Part shown: positions 20,276-29,104 of the stretch, in pieces | How the letters are laid out: every line of letters starts with the position of its first letter | Numbering within the stretch: position 1 is the stretch's first letter | Assembly (NCBI GenBank): GCA_965208125.1 | Contig: OZ242320.1 | Coordinates: 3,840,001-3,904,000, forward strand | Length of the DNA stretch: 64,000 nt | Direction of reading: 5' to 3' | DNA from: Candidatus Latescibacterota bacterium | GTDB taxonomy: Bacteria > Latescibacterota > UBA2968 | Translations under genes and position numbers: made by a program | The notes under the pieces: generated by a model | What the model saw: the letters and a program-made list of their open reading frames with translations, nothing else | Told to the model about the DNA's origin: nothing | Database searches by the model: none

Positions 20276-21463
20276 CTATCCACTTGTCTTGCCAAAGTTT
20301 GAGGTAAATATCAAAAAGTCATTAAAATCTACGTCGCCATCCTGATCCAAATCACCTATTAAACCGCTTGGCGTACCACTCCCGCCTCCGCCAGATGGGA
20401 TTTCAGAGGACCACCGAAGGATCTCGTTTTGTCCCCGGGTCTCTGCGACTCCGTTGCCCACACTATCTACATGAGCCAGGAATTTGCCGCCTTCAATTCC
20501 CAATACACCGTTGCCAGCGCCATCGGCTGTCATAGCCGCAATGGGGCGTCCAGAGGCATTGAGAATGCCCATTACACCGTGTCCATTTTCATCGACACCC
20601 AATACGGAAGTCAAAACACCCTCTCTGTTTGCCACCAACACTTCCGCATCGCCCGCTTCATCAACACCCAGAACAGCTATTGAACCCGAGGCGCTGCTGG
20701 CACTGACTGAGCCATTGCCAGCTTCGTCTAAGCCCAGAATGACCGCACCTGTGCCCGATTCGGAGCTACCGCTCACGATTAGTCCAGCATTTCCAGAATC
20801 ATCGGCACCGAGAAGAGTAAAGCTCGAACCCGATGCATTTGATGAAGCTATCACGCCGTTGCCAGCTTCATCTACGCCCATCCCCGCAACAGTGGCATTA
20901 TTTTCTATCACGCGAATATCGCCATTGCCATTTTGATCAACTGATACAGCGGCAACTGCCTCACCTGCTGCGTTTCCTATGACCAAAATACCATTTCCAA
21001 CGTTATCCGACCCGATTATGGCGACGATCCCTCCCGATGCATTTACAATCTGTAGAGTTCCTGTCTGCAGTGTGCTTGCCTGCAGTGTTTGTACCCGCAA
21101 TGTGTCGGATAAAATCTGCTGTAATCCTGCTTGCGCTTGTTTGCCCAGTCGCGGTATCCCATTCTGGTGCGAGAGAATATTGTTGATAAATTCTGCTTTA
21201 TCTTCACCTGGGCCAAGTCCTGGTGCCTGTATTCGACGTGCCAGAGTTTCTTTTTGACGCGACCAGATATTGCGAAAATCCGTATCACTTTCCACATTTA
21301 CAGAGGCCAATTTTGGTGGAATCAGCCGGTGAAACCACTTTGACGTAAAAGCGGGCGATGTGTTGAAGAGGAATACTATAATCAATCCGATAATCGCCCG
21401 CATTTGCCAGCGCACTCTTTTTTCCAGTGCTTCTACTTTTTTTTCTACGATTTCCCTATCCAT
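20276..21463 (-). CDS. Membrane-anchored or secreted beta-repeat protein with C-terminal dockerin/EF-hand-like motif
   Basis: N-terminal coiled coil and hydrophobic helix; nine LGVDExGNG-type repeats; GS linker; GDLDQDGDVDFNDFLIFTSNFG tail; AAGGAG RBS. Confidence 0.7.
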   Translation of the reverse strand: MDREIVEKKVEALEKRVRWQMRAIIGLIIVFLFNTSPAFTSKWFHRLIPPKLASVNVESDTDFRNIWSRQKETLARRIQAPGLGPGEDKAEFINNILSHQNGIPRLGKQAQAGLQQILSDTLRVQTLQASTLQTGTLQIVNASGGIVAIIGSDNVGNGILVIGNAAGEAVAAVSVDQNGNGDIRVIENNATVAGMGVDEAGNGVIASSNASGSSFTLLGADDSGNAGLIVSGSSESGTGAVILGLDEAGNGSVSASSASGSIAVLGVDEAGDAEVLVANREGVLTSVLGVDENGHGVMGILNASGRPIAAMTADGAGNGVLGIEGGKFLAHVDSVGNGVAETRGQNEILRWSSEIPSGGGGSGTPSGLIGDLDQDGDVDFNDFLIFTSNFGKTSG

Positions 21464-21588
21464 TCTATCTCCTTGGATTGGTGGTTGGTGTTGTTTGCTT
21501 TGTTAATATAAAGCAATTATCAAACAATAATAACCCAATTATCCGCGGCACTTGTTTTGACTTTGAGATAAGCACCCATGGGTTCCCC

Positions 21589-21617
21589 TTGCTTTGGTAA
21601 AATGAAACGGCTATTAT
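21589..21617 (+). promoter_or_regulatory. Candidate sigma70 promoter
   Basis: TTGCTT-17 nt-TATTAT upstream of 21660. Confidence 0.4.
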
Positions 21618-21659
21618 GGACTACCATGCAGCGAATGTAGAGACTGGAGACGCACAGCG

Positions 21660-23060
21660 ATGAATTTGCCAGATCCACTTATTGTATCCAATGACCGCCA
21701 ACTCTTTGTCGATAACCATTTCATTGACAGCCTTGAAAATGTGCATATTCACCAGCACGCGCCCATCCCGCGCGAAACGTGTCTCTCTCTCAATCGCCCC
21801 TGGGAAGGTGAGACGAGTTGGTGCCCCGTTGTTATTAAAGATGTCGATAAATACAGAATGTGGTACCGATCTCAAGATGAACAACAAAACACGGGCGGTT
21901 TTAACCATACGTTTACGGCTTATGCCGAGAGCGAAGACGGCATTTGTTGGCAACGGCCTAACCTCGGTTTGTTCAATTTTAATGGTTCAACCGATAACAA
22001 TATCTGCGTTGACAATCCCAACACTAAAAACATCGCGGTTTTTAAGGATGAGCGTCCCGGTGTGCCAGAATCCGAGCGGTACAAAGCAGCGGGACGCTGG
22101 AGTGGTGGCAAACCCGCTCGCATCTATGGTCTTGTCTCGCCCGATGGTATTCACTGGCAAAATGCAGGAGGCGGGCCACTCGTCGTCGCCTCTGAAGAAG
22201 ATCCCAATTTTGACAGTCCGGTCAGTGCCTTTTGGGATGCGCGTCAGGGATGTTATGTCCTGTACGCGCGTGGCTGGTTTCCCGATGGCAATGAGCCGCG
22301 AATGCGTGCTATTCGAATGACGACTTCGCGGGATTTCATACATTGGGACGCATGGCAATACATCCGCATTGACGGCAAAACGCGCTTTGATTATCAACTT
22401 TATACAAATGCCGTTCATCCCTACGCACGGGCGCCCTATTATTTTGCTTTTCCCAAACGCTTTATTGCTACGCGCCAGGCTCTGCCCGACTGGGGTCACG
22501 AAGGTCTTTCCGATGTCCTCTTTCTCGCCAGTAGAGATGGACTGAATTTCACACAGCCTTATGCCGATGCGTTTATGCGTCCCGGTCTGGATCAAAATAA
22601 CTGGCACGAGCGTTCCATTTTTATCGGACCGCGTGTCGTTTCTACAGCGCCCGGCGAACTCTCACTTTATTCTGTGCAAAATTATCGCACACCCAATGTA
22701 CACATTCGGCGTTTCACTCTGCGCGAAGATGGGTTTGTTTCTGTTCGCGCTGACGCGAGGACCGGTGTTCTTACGACCAGGCCGTTCACTTTTGCCGGCA
22801 CTCAATTGGAAATCAATTATTCTACGAGTGTTGCCGGATCGATTCGCATTGCATTGCTTGACGAAGCGGGCGATCCCCTTCCCAGATTCGCGCTCGACGA
22901 CTGTCCCCACATTTTCGGCGATGAAATCGCGCGCACTGTTCGCTGGAAAAATGTCAATGCTATCGATGTCGCCCCGAATCAACCCATTCGTTTGCAATTT
23001 GAGCTGATTGAAGCAGACCTTTTTTCCTTTCGGTTCTTCAGTTCCGGAGAAATATCATGA
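21660..23060 (+). CDS. Glycoside-hydrolase-like five-bladed beta-propeller protein
   Basis: RQLFVD N-terminus, YRMWY, Asp-box-like SxDGxxW repeats (SEDGICW, SPDGIHW, SRDFIHW, SRDGLNF), LREDGFVS; no signal peptide. Confidence 0.65.
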   Translation: MNLPDPLIVSNDRQLFVDNHFIDSLENVHIHQHAPIPRETCLSLNRPWEGETSWCPVVIKDVDKYRMWYRSQDEQQNTGGFNHTFTAYAESEDGICWQRPNLGLFNFNGSTDNNICVDNPNTKNIAVFKDERPGVPESERYKAAGRWSGGKPARIYGLVSPDGIHWQNAGGGPLVVASEEDPNFDSPVSAFWDARQGCYVLYARGWFPDGNEPRMRAIRMTTSRDFIHWDAWQYIRIDGKTRFDYQLYTNAVHPYARAPYYFAFPKRFIATRQALPDWGHEGLSDVLFLASRDGLNFTQPYADAFMRPGLDQNNWHERSIFIGPRVVSTAPGELSLYSVQNYRTPNVHIRRFTLREDGFVSVRADARTGVLTTRPFTFAGTQLEINYSTSVAGSIRIALLDEAGDPLPRFALDDCPHIFGDEIARTVRWKNVNAIDVAPNQPIRLQFELIEADLFSFRFFSSGEIS

Positions 23061-24202
23061 AAATCGCTAAAATCGAACAATTCTTTCCCCGCCGGAGAAT
23101 GCGTTTGATTAAAATTACGACCGATACGGGTATTGTCGGCTGGGGAGAGACCACCCTTGAAGGCAAACCCAGGAGCACTTGGGCTGCCGTAGAAGAACTT
23201 GCCGATTACCTGATAGGGAAAGATCCCCTGCGGATTGAGCACCACTGGCAACACATTTACCGATCTGCTTTTTACCGCGGGGGCAATGTGCTTATGACCG
23301 CTCTTTCGGGTATTGATCAGGCGCTTTGGGATATTGCGGGCAAATACTTCAATGTGCCGACCTATCAGCTTCTCGGCGGACCGGTGCGCGATCGCATTCG
23401 CGTTTATGCCCATTGGGGGATTCGCGATAGTTCAGAACGCGCTTTGGATGCTGCGCGTGAGCGTCTTGAAATGTTGCAAGAAAAGGGCGGATACAAAGCT
23501 TTTAAATCGGGACCTGGCGGTAAGTGGCGTGCCCACGAACCTCCTGAGGTGATCGACCGCTTTGTCAAATGTGCCTATACCATGCGCGAGTGGGTTGGCG
23601 ACGATTGCGAACTCTGTTTTGATTTTCACGGCAAGATGACGCCTGCGCTTGCCGTGGAGATTTGCCACGAGATCAAAGGCATGCGCCCCATGTTCGTCGA
23701 AGAACCCGTGCCACAGGAAAATGTCGATGCGCTCAAACACGTTTCCGACCATGTGCCCTTTCCCATTGCCACGGGTGAACGCCTGCTTTCGCGCTGGGAA
23801 TTTCGCACTGTTTTTGAAAAAAATGCCGTTGCCTATATCCAGCCCGATGGCTCGCATGCAGGTGGTATTTCCGAACTCAAACGCATTGCGAACATGGCAG
23901 AAGTGTATTATATGCACATCATGCCGCATTGCGCTATTGGGCCGGTCGCTTTTTCCGCATGTATGCAGGTTGATGCCGCTGTGCCCAATTTTCTCATTCA
24001 AGAGCAAGTCGATGCGGGTCTGGGGGAGGACCTGCTGCAAGATCCCTGGGTTGTCAGGGATGGGCATATTGATTTGCCCACCAGGCCCGGTCTGGGTTTT
24101 GACCTCATTCCCACAGAAGCAGAACAAAATATCGGGGTGTATGAAGAAGAACTCGGCGGGGAGTATTTTTACGAAACTGATGGCAGTGTTGCGGATTGGT
24201 AA
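23057..24202 (+). CDS. dgoD: Galactonate dehydratase-like enolase-superfamily (mandelate racemase subgroup) enzyme
   Basis: RIEHHWQ, SGIDQALWDI, KxK, DFHG, EEP, GER and C-terminal DGSVADW; ATGA overlap with upstream gene. Confidence 0.8.
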   Translation: MKIAKIEQFFPRRRMRLIKITTDTGIVGWGETTLEGKPRSTWAAVEELADYLIGKDPLRIEHHWQHIYRSAFYRGGNVLMTALSGIDQALWDIAGKYFNVPTYQLLGGPVRDRIRVYAHWGIRDSSERALDAARERLEMLQEKGGYKAFKSGPGGKWRAHEPPEVIDRFVKCAYTMREWVGDDCELCFDFHGKMTPALAVEICHEIKGMRPMFVEEPVPQENVDALKHVSDHVPFPIATGERLLSRWEFRTVFEKNAVAYIQPDGSHAGGISELKRIANMAEVYYMHIMPHCAIGPVAFSACMQVDAAVPNFLIQEQVDAGLGEDLLQDPWVVRDGHIDLPTRPGLGFDLIPTEAEQNIGVYEEELGGEYFYETDGSVADW

Positions 24203-24205
24203 TAT

Positions 24206-25099
24206 ATGAACGAAATAACAGAACAACCCGACAAAATGGGCAAGGCGTTTCTCGATCTTGCCAATCGGGGTGAAGCGCGCTGGACAAGGTATATTTTAAC
24301 GCTGTTGATCATTATTGCTACCTGGATTTTGGGCAGTGGTACAGTCCTGCTCGCTGTTTATGGCCCTGAACCCGAAGGTTCTCCCATGGATGGCACAAGT
24401 CCTTTTCTGGATTTTATTGCCCTTAACTTGCTCTTTGTCACGGTGCTGATCGGCCTGTGGATTGGTATTTGCAACGCACACAAACGCTCTTTACTCACGC
24501 TTATTACGCCACGCGATGATATCCGTTGGGGCCGCATATTGCAGGGCTTTGGTTTGCAAATGGGTCTGGGTATTGTCTTCGCAGCTATTGATGCTCTGCT
24601 TTTTCCAGATAACTACACTTATACTCTGGACCCCGAACGTTTTTACAAATTTGCCATCCTCGTCCTGATCCTCACTCCTTTTCAGACCACTACCGAAGAG
24701 CTTCTCACGCGCAGTTACTTCTTACAAATGCTCGGTCACTTCACGCGACATCCCATTGTTCTCGTTATTCTCAATGCTCTGCCCTTTGCCTTGTTCCATT
24801 TGATGAATCCCGAGATCGCGGCGTATGGTGTAGCGCCCATGTTGATTTCCTACTTTGTCGTCGGTGCATTTCTCGCCCTTGTCACGCTCAAAGATAACGG
24901 AGCAGAACTCGCTATTGGCATTCATGCCGCGAATAACATGTTTGCAGCGGTGCTCGTCAATTACGAAGGCTCCGCGCTATCTACCAATGCCATCTTTACG
25001 ATAAAGGAGGTCAATGTTTGGTCCGGCACGATTGCCTACATTGTCTCCGCAGCTATTATGTATTGGATATTGTTCCGCAGTAAACGACCAGTCCCTTGA
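24206..25099 (+). CDS. CPBP (Abi/CAAX) family intramembrane metalloprotease
   Basis: EELLTRSY, FALFH and HAANN motifs in a multi-TM protein. Confidence 0.88.
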   Translation: MNEITEQPDKMGKAFLDLANRGEARWTRYILTLLIIIATWILGSGTVLLAVYGPEPEGSPMDGTSPFLDFIALNLLFVTVLIGLWIGICNAHKRSLLTLITPRDDIRWGRILQGFGLQMGLGIVFAAIDALLFPDNYTYTLDPERFYKFAILVLILTPFQTTTEELLTRSYFLQMLGHFTRHPIVLVILNALPFALFHLMNPEIAAYGVAPMLISYFVVGAFLALVTLKDNGAELAIGIHAANNMFAAVLVNYEGSALSTNAIFTIKEVNVWSGTIAYIVSAAIMYWILFRSKRPVP

Positions 25100-25221
25100 T
25101 CTCTTATGGACTGCGATTTTTTGGCCAATGATTGAGTGTAGCCTGGGGTTGCTCAATACCATAGGAGACAGAGCATTTTTCCCGGTGTACCGTATATTGA
25201 TTTTGTTGTCCAGACCGACAG

Positions 25222-26310
25222 ATGAAAGGGCTTGCCGTGCCTAAATTTCAAGCGAAGGCTTTGCGCCGGATTGGTTACGAGCTTTTCGAAGCTGCCGGGT
25301 GTACGCCCGAGGACACGCGGACCGTCGTGGACCACCTTGTCGAGTCGAATCTCTTCGGTCACGACTCTCACGGTGCCATCCGGTTCTACGAGTATGCCCG
25401 GGCGGTCCGGGAAGGGCGGTTCCAGCCCCGGGCGGTTCCGGTGGTCGTCGAGGAGTATCCCTGCCTGGCTGTTGTGGATGCGAAGGGGGCGATGGGACAG
25501 GTGGGCGCGACCTTTGCAGCAAAGCTGGCCAGTGAGAAGGCCCGGATACACGGCGTCGGTTGCGTCGCGCTGCGGAATACCAGCCATATAGGCCGGGCTG
25601 GTGCGTATCCGCTCATGGCCGCCCGGGAAGGATTGATTGGTCTGATCTTTGTGAATGCCGGGCACCTGGGTTATCAGATCTCCCCTTTTGGGGGAATCGA
25701 CGGACGCCTGAGCACCAATCCGGTCGCATTTGCTGCCCCCCGACGGGAGGCAGAGCCGATTCTGGTGGACATGACGACTTCGGTGGTGGCAGAAGGAAAG
25801 GTGCGGGTGGCGATCAATAGCGGGCACCAGGTCCCCGAGGGTTGGCTGATCGATTCGGAGGGGAATCCGACCGTGGATCCGGGAGATTTTTCGGCCGATC
25901 CGCCGGGCGCCATTCTCCCTATGGGCGGCGTGGTTGCCCACAAAGGCTTTGCGTTGAGCCTGGTGGTGGAGCTTTTGGGAGGCACTCTCAGCGGGCAGGG
26001 ATGCGCTGCCGGCGAGCGCCAGATGATCAGCAACGGCGTGCTTTTGACGGTGTACGACATTGCGCACTTTACCGATCGGGAGGCCTACTACGACGAGGTG
26101 GAAGCATTGATCCGGCACGTGAAGTCGAGCCGCGTGGCCCCTGGATTTGAGGAAATCCTGCTGCCCGGAGAGCCGGAGTTCCGCAGCGCGATGCAGCGGA
26201 AGATGGAGGGGATCGAGGTAGATGATACAACCTGGTCGATGATCTGCGAGGAAGCGCGTGCCGTCGGGCTGGAACCCCAGCGGTGGGAAGCCGAGCGGTA
26301 TGTCGGTTGA
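25222..26310 (+). CDS. Ldh_2 family (ComC/AllD/HcxB-like) 2-hydroxyacid dehydrogenase
   Basis: GHDSHG, HIGRAG, STNPVAF, DMTTSVVAEGKV, HKGFAL and LPGEPE motifs; start could be GTG 25237. Confidence 0.9.
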   Translation: MKGLAVPKFQAKALRRIGYELFEAAGCTPEDTRTVVDHLVESNLFGHDSHGAIRFYEYARAVREGRFQPRAVPVVVEEYPCLAVVDAKGAMGQVGATFAAKLASEKARIHGVGCVALRNTSHIGRAGAYPLMAAREGLIGLIFVNAGHLGYQISPFGGIDGRLSTNPVAFAAPRREAEPILVDMTTSVVAEGKVRVAINSGHQVPEGWLIDSEGNPTVDPGDFSADPPGAILPMGGVVAHKGFALSLVVELLGGTLSGQGCAAGERQMISNGVLLTVYDIAHFTDREAYYDEVEALIRHVKSSRVAPGFEEILLPGEPEFRSAMQRKMEGIEVDDTTWSMICEEARAVGLEPQRWEAERYVG

Positions 26311-26340
26311 GCGCGCGCTGGCTCCGGGAATGAAAAAGAC

Positions 26341-26381
26341 AAATGGGAGATATGGCCTTTAGCCGTGTCTCCCATTTTTTT
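26341..26381 (+). terminator. Intrinsic terminator after Ldh gene
   Basis: 16-bp stem AAATGGGAGATATGGC / GCCGTGTCTCCCATTT (2 G-U), CTTTA loop, T-run. Confidence 0.8.
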
Positions 26382-26545
26382 AGCGATTAGAAAAGGCCAA
26401 TAGCGTGTCCAGTTTTCAGATATACATCAGCTATAGCTTTGCGAGGATCGGATTCGACAGGGTGAAGCCTGGGAAATGCCTCGGATTATAATTTGCACCT
26501 TAAAACAAATTAGAGTATCTTAAAAAACAAATAAGGAAAAGTGCT

Positions 26546-28309
26546 ATGAATGCGATTTATCCTGAAACCGAATACAACTTCGTAATAGGCAAAAGTCCGC
26601 AAATGCGGGAAGTCTATCGCCAGATGCAAACGGCTGCCAAAGGGGCGGGAAGCGTGCTGATTGCAGGAGAAAGCGGCACAGGAAAAGACCTGGTCGCTCA
26701 GTACATCCACCACAAAAGCGGTCGCGCCCCAAATCCCTTTGTGCCCGTGAATTGCGGCGCTATTCCCAAAGAACTCTTTGAAAGCGAACTGTTCGGACAC
26801 AAAAAAGGTTCTTTTACCGGCGCCGTAAACGAAACCGCTGGCCTTTTCAGATCTGCTGATACAGGGACCATATTTCTGGATGAGATTACCGAAATTCCAC
26901 TCGAAACCCAGGTCAAACTTTTGCGCGTTCTTCAAGAGAAGCGCATTCGCCCCCTCGGAAGCACGGAAGAAATTCCCCTGGATGTCCAGGTCATTGCAGC
27001 CACCAACCGCGACCTGGAGCAGGTGCTCTGGAACAGAAGCTTCCGGGAAGATCTCTATTACCGGCTCGGGGCAGTCACCATCTATATCCCGCCCCTGCGG
27101 GAACATTTAGAAGACATCCCGGAACTGGTCGCCGCTTTCATCCAAAAGCTCAACCGGCGCCTTAAACGCAACATCCTGGGCGTTCACCCAGATATAATGC
27201 AAAACCTCACCAAATATTCCTGGCCCGGCAATGTACGTCAGCTTGAAAACGTCATTGAGAATGCATATTTGTTTACCAAAGGGAAGTGGATTACCAGGTT
27301 GGGGGTGAAACTCGAAGAGGATACCCAATCTCTTGTGAGATCCACAGGAGAAATTAGCACATCCCTGGATCCGAGCGAATTCTACTTGCCGTCCAAAGCG
27401 ATGTCAACCTCCTTGAGACGGAAAATTCAAAGTGCAGCAAAAAGTCCGGCAGGCGTGTTGATCCTGGGAGAAGAAGGGACCGGTTGCCATATGATTGGAC
27501 GGGAAATTCACCGTCAGAGCACCTATGCCAAGGGTCCCTTTGTCATCGTCAACTGCGATACGATTCCACCCGAACTTTTTGAAAAAGAGCTGTTCGGGAA
27601 TTCCATTTTTGAAGATACGCAAGAACATTTTGAAGGATATATGCACCAGGCCGAAAGCGGCACGCTCTTTCTCTACGAAGTCACGACCATACCGTACCGG
27701 ATTCAGGTGCTGCTGTGTCGCTTGTTCGAAGCAGACAGGATGCGTCCGACCGGGTTTTCCAGGGACCTTCCGAAAAATCTTCGCGTTATTGCCTATACGT
27801 CGCAAGATCTGCATCAGGCTTTGAAAGAGAAAAGTCTATCCGTTGGGTTATATACCCGATTGAGTGGGTTTGTCATTCACATTCCGACTTTGCGGGAACA
27901 AAAAGAGAAAATTCCAGAATTCGCAGATTATTTTGTCAAATTATTCGCCACTCAGCAACAACGTCCGGCTCCCCAAATTCACGACAAAGCACTGGCATCT
28001 CTGATGGCCTATTCCTGGCCGGGCAATCTACTGGAACTGCGCTTTGTTATCCAGGGTGCTCTTACTGCGGCGAACTTTGGCACAATTCAAAAACACCACC
28101 TGCCAGACCAACTGGGCATACACTGGCAGACGGATGGACACACAGACACACGGGGCAAACTCTACGATGTAGAGCAGGATTTACTTCAAGAAGCACTTCA
28201 AAAAGCCGATGGAAACAAAACCCAGGCCGCTCGACTTCTCGGTATCTCCCGGAAAAAGGTTTACAAAATGTTGGAAAGTTCACCCCTTCATCATGAATCC
28301 GGATTTTAA
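26546..28309 (+). CDS. Sigma54-dependent activator with tandem AAA+ domains and Fis-type HTH, no N-terminal sensor
   Basis: Domain 1 has [34 protein letters not shown] and WPGNVRQL; domain 2 is a degenerate copy; C-terminal [14 protein letters not shown]. Confidence 0.9.
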   Translation: MNAIYPETEYNFVIGKSPQMREVYRQMQTAAKGAGSVLIAGESGTGKDLVAQYIHHKSGRAPNPFVPVNCGAIPKELFESELFGHKKGSFTGAVNETAGLFRSADTGTIFLDEITEIPLETQVKLLRVLQEKRIRPLGSTEEIPLDVQVIAATNRDLEQVLWNRSFREDLYYRLGAVTIYIPPLREHLEDIPELVAAFIQKLNRRLKRNILGVHPDIMQNLTKYSWPGNVRQLENVIENAYLFTKGKWITRLGVKLEEDTQSLVRSTGEISTSLDPSEFYLPSKAMSTSLRRKIQSAAKSPAGVLILGEEGTGCHMIGREIHRQSTYAKGPFVIVNCDTIPPELFEKELFGNSIFEDTQEHFEGYMHQAESGTLFLYEVTTIPYRIQVLLCRLFEADRMRPTGFSRDLPKNLRVIAYTSQDLHQALKEKSLSVGLYTRLSGFVIHIPTLREQKEKIPEFADYFVKLFATQQQRPAPQIHDKALASLMAYSWPGNLLELRFVIQGALTAANFGTIQKHHLPDQLGIHWQTDGHTDTRGKLYDVEQDLLQEALQKADGNKTQAARLLGISRKKVYKMLESSPLHHESGF

Positions 28310-28317
28310 TCCTTCAG

Positions 28318-28353
28318 TGTTTCCTTTCGAAACAACTGTATCCTGAGGGAACG
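28318..28353. promoter_or_regulatory. Candidate tandem upstream activator sequences
   Basis: TGTTTC-N5-GAAACA (28318-28334, perfect palindrome) and TGTATC-N5-GGAACG (28337-28353), about 135-170 nt upstream of the -24 box. Confidence 0.5.
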
Positions 28354-28486
28354 TACCAGATGCTTCTCGCCAAACTGGAATTCCCGGGCCCTGCAGGAAC
28401 TCTCCATTCAATTTCATTCACATAAATATATATAAAATAATAGTCTAATTGTGCCAGACAATCTGATTTCCATTTTTTTCGTTGTC

Positions 28487-28502
28487 TGGCATGTTTTTTG
28501 CT
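28487..28502 (+). promoter_or_regulatory. Sigma54 (-24/-12) promoter
   Basis: TGGCATGTTTTTTGCT with exact GG-N10-GC spacing, directly downstream of a sigma54 activator gene. Confidence 0.8.
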
Positions 28503-28623
28503 TATAGGTTAAATAAGATAAAATAATTTTTTGATGAATTGATTCAGCCACCTTAAAATTACACTTAATCCCTGCCAAATCTACTGCCTCAATTTCTGTC
28601 CCGATTATCGCGAGGAATATACG

Positions 28624-29025
28624 TTGAACAGGCGCATTTTGATTGTCTCCGAAGATTCCCGGCTGGCCTGGGACGTGAAAAATCTTCTGTCTGGCGAACC
28701 TGTGGAACAGACTGAAGTGCGTTCCGGGCAGGCATGTCTGGATATGATTGTGAGTACTCCTGTGGAAATTGTCGTGATAGACGACCGTCTCCAGGATATG
28801 CAGGCAGTGGATCTAATCAGACATATCAAATCCACAGTGCCAGATATAATCGTCATCCTGGGTGCCTATAAACATTCTATCCAGGATGAAATAGAGGCCA
28901 GGCGAGCTGGGGCCTCCTACTGTATCATCGGTCCCGGCGAATACGATACCCTCTACCAGTTTTTGCTACAGGCCATTGCGTTAGAAAACAGACACCTTTT
29001 GAGTAAAAATAAAAAAAGGAGGTGA
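28624..29025 (+). CDS. Stand-alone atypical receiver-domain protein
   Basis: CheY-like pattern RILIVSED...VVIDD...ARRAGA; lacks conserved Thr/Ser and Lys; GAGGA RBS with TTG start. Confidence 0.7.
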   Translation: MNRRILIVSEDSRLAWDVKNLLSGEPVEQTEVRSGQACLDMIVSTPVEIVVIDDRLQDMQAVDLIRHIKSTVPDIIVILGAYKHSIQDEIEARRAGASYCIIGPGEYDTLYQFLLQAIALENRHLLSKNKKRR

Positions 29026-29104
29026 TATCGCGTTTAACACAGCTACAATAGTCACGATAGATGTGGATTCATCCTGATTACACCAAATCCGAGAGGAGGC
29101 GTTT

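Noticed and set aside
25153-26118. Long antisense or alternate-frame ORFs (also 21682-22320, 23432-24226, 39502-40524, 43645-44529, 51095-52054)
   Set aside because: They overlap well-supported genes, show no recognisable motifs, and are expected shadows of codon bias
26450-26462. GGATTCGACAGGG resembles the tmRNA 5' end
   Set aside because: No GGGG acceptor-stem start, fewer than 100 nt before the next CDS, and no matching 3' T-arm/CCA end
28441-28461. Possible divergent sigma54 promoter (minus-strand TGGCAC)
   Set aside because: No GC at -12 (GG-N10-CT) and it would read antisense into the activator gene
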